64,000 bases of DNA, from contig OZ176057.1 of assembly GCA_964247055.1 (NCBI GenBank), positions 3,038,001 to 3,102,000 on the forward strand, given 5' to 3'. The notes below the pieces were generated by a model, which searched no databases, had not been told where the DNA came from, and saw only the letters and a list, made by a program, of their open reading frames with translations. Within the stretch, counting starts at the first letter, position 1, and every line of letters starts with the position of its first letter. The stretch comes from Paragordius varius. Taxonomy: Eukaryota; Animalia; Nematomorpha. Shown one piece after another: positions 11,472-22,881 of this stretch. The position numbers and the translations under genes were made by a program.

Positions 11472-14400
11472 CAAGATTTGCAGGAAATTGAGTTTTAGCC
11501 ATCTTGTTTGTAAAATAATCTAAGAATGCAACAAATTACCATATAGTTGAATAATTATTAGTGGTGGTCATAAACACATACTAAAATAAGGGTTATCCTT
11601 TAAAATATTTATTAATTTTTTCCATTTTAAATCCATTGTAAACCATTTTTATCAATAAAAAATAATTTATTGCAAATAATTTTTGAAAAACTATGAAGGA
11701 ATTGACTCGCTTAACAGAACCTTGGGGCTAGGGCCTATCAAGAATATCTGGAACCAGAGCTGAGAATGACATTTAATTTACAAATTAAAAACGGTGCTTA
11801 GTTTAACTTTCTTGTTAATTATAAATATTTTTAATGCAGTGGTTCCCACACCTATCAAAATTTTACATTAAACATTGTAATTATTTAAACAAAGCGTGAT
11901 AATAAATAGAGTAATATTTTTTATAAGACATTAATTTTTATAACTGAGCGTTTTGTGAGTTGAAATTCTCATAATAATATGAAAAAAATAGGTAAAAATG
12001 CTCTTTCAAAAAATTACATTTACGTTTTGTATGTATAATTTTAATTTTTATTGTATTTAAAACCAATCATATTGTATAAGACCTCTGTACAAGGTTTTTA
12101 ATGATTAATAATGGCATAATAAAACTATATACATTTTATTTTGTAATTATATTAAAGGCCTATGAATGAGTTCAGAAACCTTTCAATGAATGCTGGCCGA
12201 AACAAGTTTCAGTTTAAATTAGGAAAATTGATCCCTTATTATAGTGTTCAATATAAATATGAATATAATAAACTATATTTTGAGATGGGTATTCTTTTTA
12301 AATCGGCACATCCGAGTCCCATTAAAGGGCTTTTAAAATCAAATATTTAAAATTATAGCTATTATTAATTGTTTAATTGTTACACATCATTTACCCGAGT
12401 TCATATTTAAATTGGTTACGTTGCCTTCTATAAGAGGGAATATAACATTGGATCGAAAGGAAGCTAAACATAAAATAAAATACAACAAATCAATTCACCA
12501 TTTCCCAGTCAAAATAAACGTTTTCCCAGTCAATCGAAACGTTTTCCCAGTCAATCGAAACATTTTCCCTGACAATCGAAACGTTTTCTCAGTTAATCGA
12601 AACATTTTCCCAGTCAATAAAAACATTTCCTCAATCAATAAAAACGTTTTCCCAGTCAATAAAAACGGTTTTATTTTTGATGATAAATATCAAAACAAGA
12701 AATAAAAATAACTTTTAACCATTCTAGCGTAATATTAGGTTTTTATTTTTTATAAAAACACAATTATTGAATGACAATTTTTGCAATTATACATGCACAA
12801 TCATTAATGACTTATTCTTTAGAAGTTTTATTTTTTGGAGTTCGATATTTTAAGGATAATATTTTTTATTTTATCGATGGTTTGCATTAATTTTTGCCGA
12901 ACGCTCCAAAAAACTTTAGTCGAGTTTGTCGATAAAAATACTGCCGGAAAAAACATCTAAAAAATTTTTTCGATATGTTTTTGATTTAAAAAAATTAAAA
13001 GATATATGACTAAAACCCCAACCAAATGGCTTCGCGGGCCGGATTTTCAACTCAAAAAGCATGGCGTTCCGCATTCGGAATATATACGGGCATTCAATAA
13101 TAATTTTTCGATTAGACATAAGACTGTAAATCACAAACACAATATAATTTTTTTTAATTGCTTGCCAATTTAATAGACTCATTTAGAATAATTGCGTAAG
13201 AAATATGCATTTTACTAAAATTTTGTGGGCATATTTTTGCATGTGGATTTCCAAATATTTCTCGGGCTGCACAAAAATCTCGGGGGCCGCGTTTAATCAC
13301 TCCTAGACCAAATGATAAATTTATGTTTAAGATCCAAAATGAAGTGTTATATGACCTTTGAGATAAAACTGGTATAATTTTATAAATTTTATTATTTCAT
13401 CCGTAACTAAAGATTATATAAGATACCCGCAAATATTAATGCGAACCATGGATAAAATAAAAAATATTGAGTGGAGTGAATAAAAAAAGGAAAGCCTGTT
13501 TCCTTGGCTTTTTTAAGATATTCCTTAATTTGGAGTGAACAAAAAGCTAAGGAAACCCTAAAAAAAATAACATTAGATTTTTGAAACACTTGTTTTCATG
13601 TGAATAAAAAAATTTATTAAAGGAACCCTACATATTTTTTAGGATGCTAAATACATTCTTAAATATTTATAAATTTTATTACAATCGATAGTAGAGGATC
13701 AAACATGGCTATTAGAGCTAATACGGTTTTGATATTAGATTCAATAAGTTTAAAATTTTAAGCTTCAAAGTAATTTTTATATATTTTAAATTTTTCTAGT
13801 ATATTTGGAATACATTGTAGAAATTAAATGTTTGATCTACGATCTTTGATAAGAAACAAAAAAACATATAAAACATGCACGTAAATCAATTATCTGAAAA
13901 GAAACAAATTCTAGGATTAAATAATCAAACAATAAACTTTATGACAAAATACTTTTCCCTGATTTTGATGAAAGAAGAGGAAGCCCTGAGTCTCCGACAA
14001 ATATAAGATTTTTTTAAGATTTCCCGCAGATCTCGGGCATGAAATTACTATTAAGCTATTTTTTGGGTCTTTTTAATAAATCTCATTTCTTGTGGTATGC
14101 AAGCCACAAAAATTTAAACAATTAGTATCTTATGTGATTATTGTCAAATAAAAATTTGTATAAAAACTATTATTTTATCATCAAAAAAAAGTATAAATAA
14201 ATTTTAAGTTATTTATTATTTAATATCATAAAATGTGAATTAGATTGTCATATAATTTAGGTTCCTCCGATTCTGTGCGATCTTTTATGATAAAGAATTT
14301 AGGAATATTTCCTTCGATTCTGTGCGATCTTTTATGACAACGTTTACTATTTAAATCATATTTTTTTATTGAGGTTTTCATATTATCTACGCTTTTCTTA

Positions 14401-17400
14401 TCTGATCTATCTCATATTAATTCTTTGTTTCTGTCAACAGTTCCTTTTGAAGATATAGGCTTCTTTTTTGAATTACAACATAAGGCACCATAGATTTATT
14501 TAAAATTATGGGATATAAAATATTTAATATTAATAGGTTACTTTCCTAGAAGAGCTATCAATTTTTTTAGGTATATTTATATCGGTTTTAGGCATGTTAT
14601 TTGGTTTAAGGAAACTCGAGAGTAAATCAGATGTGTTTTTTAGATAAATTATAAGGAAACCCTTTCTTTGAAAAAGTGAGCTAGGAAAACACTTAAAAGG
14701 TTTCCTTTTTTTATTCACTCCACTCATTATCTTTAAAATATCTCGAATTCCAAAAAATAAAACTTTTAAAGAATAAGTCATTAATAAGTGTGCACTGGAA
14801 TATAATTGGAAAAATTGTCATTCAATAATTGTGTTTTTATAAAAAATAATTTCCTAATATTAAGCTGATAATGGTTAAAAGTTATTTTTATATCTTGTTT
14901 TGATATTTATCATCAAAAATAAAACCATTTTTATTGATTGAGAAAATGTTTTTATTGACTGGGAAAATGTTTCGATTGATTGGGAAAATGTTTCGATTGA
15001 CTAGAAAAACATTTTTTTGACTGGGAATGGTATACATATATTTGATATAATTGATCCATGAGTCGAAAAAAGTCATTATTTTTCTTGCTATAGCTAAAAT
15101 CAAAAACGTTATTGGTAATAAAGCCTAGGTGCCCAGTCATAGCCCCCAAAAAAATAATTTTATATGATAAAATAATTTTATATGATAAAATAATTAGAAA
15201 GAAAACCACATATCATTAGTATACTTTTTCTGGTTTATTATGGTTAAAAAAGTATGGTTGTCTTTTTTAAAAAAATATTTGTCTTTATATTTTTACCTTT
15301 GGTCGGTATTTATTTTTAATTATAATTAATATATATTGTATACCATTTGATGTATTAGTCTGAATTTTAATTTTAATTTTTCCCGAAAATCTGGATAAAA
15401 ATTAGTGATTTAATCATAATTTTCGGGTACAAAATTTTATAAACTCACAACTTGGGAAATTTTTAAAATTATAATTTTATGATAATTAAAATAATTTGAT
15501 GATAATCCCATTTTTTGTTATTTCACACAAATACTGATTTTTCAGCTCTTCTTTGTAGTTTACCCTCTAAAATAAAAATGAAATTCAGTTGACACCCTTT
15601 AATCTTATTTTATTTGTCCAAATATGCGAAAAAGTGAAATTAGATTTCGGTTAGGAGAAAAATATTAATATTTTTTTCACAGTTTATTTATTTAATTGGG
15701 CTTTAAGCTACCCAACATATATGATTAAAGAAGTGATGACTTTTTATACAGTTAAACAAATATTATAGACACTTATTCTCATGGCTTAATAAAGGAGTTA
15801 ACACTTCGATTCAATTTGGGGTATCTAAATACCCCAGACTAAATTTGAGTTAGAATTTTTAAAAAACTACTGAAGGAAACGGTCCCAATTTAAATTTATG
15901 CTTCTATCCTAATAAAAATTATATAAATATGCCAAAATATTTAAATAAAATTTTGTTTTGAAAAAAAAGTTTCATGTCAAACTACTTCGACGCCATTTTT
16001 ATTTTAAAATTTTTTGCAAAATATCGTCTTCATTTAGTTTTAAGGGTAAAATTAAAGCTATTTTTTATTTAAATTACATCTAACATTGATATAAATAGAA
16101 AAAGCGGTTTATTCCGTAGTATTTTTCCATTTTACCATTCCACACATGTCACGTTGACGAAATTTCTACCTCTCGGTTTTAGCTAAAAATAAGTAATATC
16201 AAGTATTTTTAAATAATTTTTTTTATATATTTCGGTTTAATGTTATATAAGTTCACAATTTTGCCATGGTTTCGATTCCTTCCATATTTTTTAAAGAATT
16301 TAATTTTAAACAGGCCTGATATTTAACTACCCCAATTTGAATCGAAGGACTAAAATGAATCTGTTGTATCCAAGTGTTAATTTAGCAATATATATATTTT
16401 ATAATAAAATAATAAATACCTCCAGATGGTGTTGTTGATGTCAATATTGTTGAATTCCCATATTCTAGAAAAAAACATATTTAGCGGACATTTGAGCATA
16501 GTAATTATTAAGGTTATAATTTAAGGGCCAAATTTTAAAATATAGGAAATATATGATAAACTTGATATGTGGAATATGCGGTTTTGCTATTATATATCCC
16601 CAAATTTAATGATCAAATATTGACAATAAAATTGAATAGATTAAAAAAGATATCAGAAACGCACTACAATATCCCAATTTTTGTATTAAAATATTTAAAA
16701 ATGGCGCTAAACAGATTGTTCATTTTCTCGATATTGGATACAGTGATAGTTAGTTGACTTTCATTCTTTTTTTACCGCAAATTCAACTTTTCTTGAAGCC
16801 ATCAGTTTAATTTTTTAGCATGTCTTTTCGCCTCATTTGCAAGCTATCTCGTTTTCTATTCCACTTTCTCAATTTAATATATTTAACATATAACACCTTT
16901 TTTCATTCAAAAACAAAATTTTTTCTATACAACCAAACCAACGATTCAAGCAAAGACAACTATTCAGTTCTCTTTGAAAAAATGTTGCGTTTGGAAGAAA
17001 AATTGCTTTTGACGGTGTATATAAATACATGTTAAGAGTCTGCAATGGCCGACTGTTTAAATTTTTATTACATATGTATTGCCGAAAAATATTTGCATTG
17101 TAATAAGATCCATCAGGCTCATACTTTCAAAAAAATGCTAAAATATTCATTCATTCATTAATTTAATTCAAAACGAATGAAGGTTTGTGGTAAAACGGAG
17201 AGAGAAAAGGTAAATGGAATCATTAAACGAAAAATCAACAATGTATAAATATACGATTACCAAAAAGTAAGGGGCTTTCAATGTTAATAAAAAACGAAAA
17301 AGTACTAAAATTAGTAAGTTGACAGATGCAAATCGGAGCCTACGTATAAAATTTTAAATTAAGTTATAGTTTAGAGTTTTAATTATAATGATATCTTAAG

Positions 17401-19781
17401 AAAAAGAGTAATTAGCTTTCACAAAAAATTAATTTGGGAGTAATGTGTGCTAATTATTTGATTTTCCGATATGGAATATTTGAGATGTATGACGCAAAGC
17501 AAAAAGCACCATGATATCCTGATACATTATCAGAATATATATTAAATGATAATTATGCACTGCCTATGTTTGGTAAAAAATTTACCAACGTAACGTTTCC
17601 ATTGATACCTGGTTGGTAGCTTCTATCGGTGGCTCGTTTAAAAAAGCGCTTAATTAAATTTTTTCCTTTATACAGAATAAACATAATTTCATAGATTTTC
17701 AGAAAATTTTTTTAACTTTATTTTTATATGATGGCGCAATATAAAAGGGCTATGCATCACCTCGCGCCTAAAGTTCTCAGTAATATTTGCCCGCAACGTT
17801 ACATAGTTTAATATATATTGTAGCAAAAAACACACCACATTTTTGAAGTTATATATTGTAAATCCATAACCACTACTCATTTCTATATAACCTAAGACGC
17901 GTCTCATTTTCAAATGGTGGAGCCTTAAACAGAAAATGCTGTAGTAAAATATTTGTTTTTTTAAAGGATATAGCTACCCTAATTCAATTTTATGTTTACA
18001 ATTTGCCAAAAATTTGTTTTAAAAAGTTGTTTCTATATGATGATTTAAAGGAAATGGAGTTTTGCTTAGAAGCTAAATTAGGACGCTGGGCTAAATTTTT
18101 TGATTTTATTTAGAAACCTTAAAAAAGGAATGATTTCATACAACAATGACAAAAATTTGCTGAAATTTATTGCGGACTTATTTTTAAATTTATGTCATTT
18201 ACGAGAAAGGGGCTAAATATAGGGGCTAAATATGATCTGACTAAGCGCATTCGTGGAATATAATTCATCTATAAATGATTAGAATGGATCCATCTTCCGG
18301 AAAATTTTTTAAAAGCGAACATTTACATTTTCAAAATATAGATTTTGTATACAGAACAAGGCAAGTTTTATATTTCTGGTTGGAAATCAATATGCAAGCG
18401 TGCACATATTTTTCATTTCAAAATCCCGATGAGCCAATATTTTCAAAAAGTTATGTTTTAAACTGAATCTAGAAGCTCTATTACAATTAAAGTTTTTTTA
18501 AACACAAGCAAATAAAGTAATATCGTTTCACTTTGATCTCTTAATTTGCACAATTTTAACCTTTTTATTCATAAAACTTTAACAGATGACTTCTTAACAT
18601 CAGTTTCGGTTTGATTCCTTTTGGGTAATTAAGGAAGCTCCAGATTTTTTCGATTACGAAAGCTGCTTAACCCAATAAAAACTATTAATTTAAAGTTTAT
18701 TATGAGAGATATATAAATTAATATAAAACCTTTAATAAATTCTTGAGTATTCATGAGCGAAAGTCGTTTCCATATTGATATATTTCCCAATCCGCCAAGA
18801 GATGTAAAATCTGAATCAACTTTTGATCATAATAAATTTAAGGTTTAATATATCTAAAACTTATGTAATCTTTAGTGATGTTTGTAAAAAATTGGACATT
18901 ATACATTAGCGTAGCGTATGTCATAAAAAGTTTGCCTATAATTACCTCATTTTTTAATTAAATGTTTGTTATAATACTGTTATAACATAACTGCATTAAA
19001 CGTACAATTTTAAAAGATTTTGTCAATCATATAATAATAAAACAAATAAACTTGGTAAAAACTTACAGTAAATTATATCGTTTGGCCCATCTTTGCCATA
19101 TTTTCTTCTGTTATGTGGTAGTTCATTTAAATGATTTAATAAATCAAATTTTGAATTATCAATAGAATATGGATCAATATCGATTTGTTCTATTATTTCA
19201 TTGGATTTTTCAGGTGTGAAAACTTTTTTATTGTCTGATTCTGTCGGGCTTTTGTCTATATTGCCAATGTTTTTAAATTGATTTGTTTTGGCGGCTAAGG
19301 TCATATCTTTCATACTGATAAATTTTATTTCCTTTTCACCTGCTTTATCTAATAGAATTTTGGGTTTAATTTTTGTAGTTTTCTGGTTCACTATTCCTAG
19401 ATCCCACCTATTTTTCTCATGATTTTGAGACAATTGAGAAAAGGGAATATTAGTCAATGCACCAGTGTTAATGGGTGTGGTTTGATTATTAAGCCATATG
19501 CCAGCAATTAAGTCCATCAAAGATTTTGCTGAAATATCCGAATTCTTAAGTGATTTACTCCTTTTGGGATGATTTTGAACAGGATCATCTTTGAATTTAA
19601 TGAAAACAGGTTTTTCGGTTGGTTGAGTAAGTGAATCTTGTGTTGCAGAATTTTTAATTAGTAATGGAATTTGTTTTTCATTCATCCCATTTTCATCAAC
19701 GTATATAACTTTAATTTTATCGGACGACACATGGGCATTATAAAATATGGACAATAAAAGCAACAATATAGCTATAATCAT
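11472..19781 (-). CDS. Probable 5' exons of the Pvf-like gene (signal peptide and long low-complexity prodomain)
   Basis: Exon 19781-19067 begins with signal peptide MIIAILLLLLSIFYNAHVSS and ends at donor t|gtaagt. In-frame exons 18810-18730 and from 18665 follow. Phase-1 exons 17665-17609 (KNLIKRFFKRATDRSYQP), 16464-16420 (YGNSTILTSTTPSG) and 11519-11472 (YFTNKMAKTQFPANL) chain in frame to the PDGF exons. The link across 18560-17700 was not resolved, so exon 1 could belong to a separate gene. Confidence 0.6.
12496..15032. mobile_element. Non-autonomous long-TIR element (TACCAT family 1, 21-bp array) with a nested insertion
   Basis: Left arm ccatttcccagtc plus ttttcccagtcaatcgaaacg repeats from 12498. 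Right arm is the reverse complement, ending gactgggaatggta|ta at 15032. Core matches the copies at 25406, 26868, 28237 and 53016. Confidence 0.85.
13469..14725. mobile_element. Unclassified TIR element (GAG...CTC termini) inserted in the family-1 copy
   Basis: TIR gagtggagtgaataaaaaaaggaaa (13469) and tttccttttttttattcactccactc-type inverse (ends 14725). It interrupts aaaaatattatctt, which is intact in sister copies (e.g. ~53925), leaving an apparent 3-bp ATT duplication. Internal ~46-bp direct duplication at 14267-14340. Confidence 0.75.
15802..16376. mobile_element. TTAA-flanked (piggyBac-like) MITE, copy 1
   Basis: ttaa|cactt ... aagtg|ttaa termini. Asymmetric subterminal inverted repeat cttcgattcaatttgggg / ccccaatttgaatcgaag. 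Colinear with 21102-21625. Confidence 0.8.
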
Positions 19782-20324
19782 TCGGGATTTGGTTGTCAGT
19801 TTCAAAAATGTATATAGTTTCTAAGGTCAATTATTAAGATAATGAGATCGATGTTTTTATATGTATGAAACGAAAATTAATTAAATTGGTAAAATAATTT
19901 GAATTTGCCAGTCAACATAGCACGTATTTAACAATTAATTTACATAATACATCTGTATATATTAAGGTATATTAGTCTTAAAAATATTTGCCTCGGGCAT
20001 ATCTACACAATGTTTTTATTATATGGTACTAAGTGATATGGCGCATGCAAAAATTTAGATTCACAAAATCATCTTGATTATCAATTGAATAACTGACCTT
20101 TGTGATGCGTTAAGTGATATCATTTCATTATTAATGCATAATCGATTAAAAAAACTATATTTAAACAAATATTACAAAAAAATATTTATATAAACCAAAT
20201 TATAATTATATGTAAATTCTAAAATATACAAAAGTTTAATGGTAATTAAACGATACAATATATATTATATATAATAAAAATAATAACGATGCAAAAAATT
20301 ATTATTAAATTAAAATTATATTTC

Positions 20325-20783
20325 TTGGGGTATCCAATAAACGGCTATTGGGCCGTATCTTCAGTTTCGTAAATTCGGCAGGCCCAATATAATTAATGAT
20401 AAATAATAATTCCACTATATTTCAATCATGGGTAAAAGAAATTACGAACATTACATATATCCATTAATTTTATTTTTGTTTAAGTTGGCTAAGAAAGATA
20501 TTATCAGATTTGCCTACATTTTAAAAATTAAGTATTTTCTTCAATAAATTGAAACTAGTTATCTTTAAGGTTTTCGTCTATTAAAATTTTTACAATTTTT
20601 ATATCAGTACTTATAATTCAAAAATAATATGTGTTGTTTATAGATATTAAATAAAATTTAAAACACCTTATTGAACAATAAATGACAATAAACTGGTTAA
20701 GGCTTTTATCAAACTTTTTACGGGCAATAAATTTTTTTACAGCGCCGCATGCGACTCTTGAACTGCGTGTTAAACACGCCTGA
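20325..20783. mobile_element. Degenerate hAT MITE
   Basis: Left ggggtatccaa...gggccg and right catgcgactcttgaactgcgtgttaaacacgcctg resemble the Buster-type ends seen elsewhere in the window. Confidence 0.5.
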
Positions 20784-21101
20784 TTACTCCTTTTCAGCAT
20801 CTTTTTAGTTAATTGTGCTAAAAATTGGTCCTTTTGAAGCTTATTTTGTATTAACTTTTTTTAAATGTTTATTATATTAATTAATACAAACATTATATGA
20901 TAAATATCAGAAATTTCTATTTAGTTTATTAATTGTTTTTAATTTTTTGCAAATGTTTTATATGGCTCTCCATTAATTTTTTCAGATTTTTAAAGCATCG
21001 ATTCTCTTTAAAAAATTTGCTTAAAACATGGAGATACCCAAATGTGGTGCAGACTAATATATTTGATTGAAAAATGTATCATGATCCTTATGGTGCATTT
21101 A

Positions 21102-21625
21102 CACTTCGATTCAAATTGGGGATCTTAATAGCCGAGACTATATTTAAGTTGATATTTGTAAAAAACTATTGAAAGAAACGGTCCCAATTTAAATTTATGC
21201 TTCTATCCTAATAAAATTGTATAAAGGCATAGTTTTGGAAAAAAGTTCCATATCAAACAACTTCAAAGCCATTTTTATTTTATATGGTTTTTGCAAAATA
21301 TCGTGTTTAATTAATTTTAAAGTTATAATCAAAGCTAATTTATCAGTCAAATCTTAAACATTAATAGAAACAGAAAAAGTGGTTTATTATTATTTATATT
21401 TAGCTAATGCAGACATGTCATGTTGACTAATTTTTTACATTTGGATTATACTTAAAATAAGTAATACGAATGTCAATTTTTATATATTTCGGTTCTATAT
21501 TATATTAAGCGAAAACTTTTGCCCTGGTTTTATTTCATTTATTAAGTATTTAATTTCAAACAGGCTTGGGCATCCAACGAACCCAATTTGAATTAGTGAA
21601 CAAAAAGAAAGTGTTTATCCAAGTG
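21102..21625. mobile_element. TTAA-flanked (piggyBac-like) MITE, copy 2
   Basis: ttta|cacttcgattcaaattgggg ... aagtg|ttaa. Shares long identical blocks with copy 1, e.g. gaaacggtcccaatttaaatttatgcttctatcctaataaaa. Confidence 0.8.
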
Positions 21626-22064
21626 TTAATTTTGGAGATAAGCATTAAATATAATCAATTTTATATAGAAAATCCCAAAGATTCCCGTGTGCATAATAAA
21701 TATGGCTAAACGATTCATGCCAAAAATATCATAATAACACATCATGAAGTTTATTTACAAAAAAAACTAATTTTATATTTTATATGGTATTTGCATGTTG
21801 GGAACATTGTACAATCAAATGTTTATAAAATCTGTAGTATAATAATGCTTTTCGATCACCCGTGTATTGCAAAATTAACTCTCCCTATATTTGGTTCGAT
21901 ATCATAAAAACAAATTTATATTTAACATAATAGGCGAGCTTATTAAATTTCTGAGATATTAGAAATGTTTAGAAAAATATGTTAACTGGTTTATTATCCT
22001 GCTTAAATTTCAAAAAACGTACGCTTTTTTCAAAATTATGGTAACATATGAATGATTTCTTAGT

Positions 22065-22390
22065 AGAAAAACGTTTTCCCAGTCAATGGAAACATTTTCT
22101 CTGTCAATAAAAACAGTTTCCGAATCAATTAATTTTCATAGTCAATGAAAATGGTTTTATGTTTGATGATAATCAAAAGTAGTATAAATTTTTTTTAGCA
22201 TTATCAGCGTAATATTAGGATATTATTGTAAAAACGCAATTATTAAATGAAAATTTTCCCTTTTATATTCCAATGCACAATCATTAATAAATCATTCATT
22301 AAAAGTTTTATTTATATGGTTTTGAGATATTTATATAAAAATGTTTTTGAGATTGGTGGTTTTCAAAAATATTCGGGGCTAACTCATTAT
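22065..22390 (+). mobile_element. Older, decayed left arm of TACCAT family 1
   Basis: Degenerate ttttcccagtcaat repeats, ttatcagcgtaatattagg, and the inner-arm motif cggggctaac also found at ~23300. Confidence 0.65.
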
Positions 22391-22881
22391 TATTCAGAAA
22401 TCATAAAATAATAAAAAATATACTATTTGAAAGAGCCACTTGTGGCTTAAAAAATATGAAAAAAATTTTTTGCAGAAAGTTTAATTTTTGAGGGGCGATG
22501 TAAATAAATTTTTTTTAAAAAGTAAAATTTTTGATTTGAATAAATTTTTTTATGATACTTTTTATTATTTTCACATTAATTTATTCCTTTACAATCTGAA
22601 AATTTTTATAATACTTACCACTGGTAAACATTTTTTGGGAATTATTTGAAAGAGCCATATTTCTGTAAACCACAGTCCCATTTTTAATATAGCAATGTCC
22701 ATATTATTGAATTCATTGGAATCGGTAAATGTTTTTTTTTTCAATAAAGAGCCATATTACTGAAAACCACAGTCTTATATTTAATATATCAATACCCATA
22801 TTATTGGAATTAAAAATTTACCATTCGAAAGTATTTTAAATTGCATTAGAAATATCAAATCTAGGCGAAACAGACGGCTTT

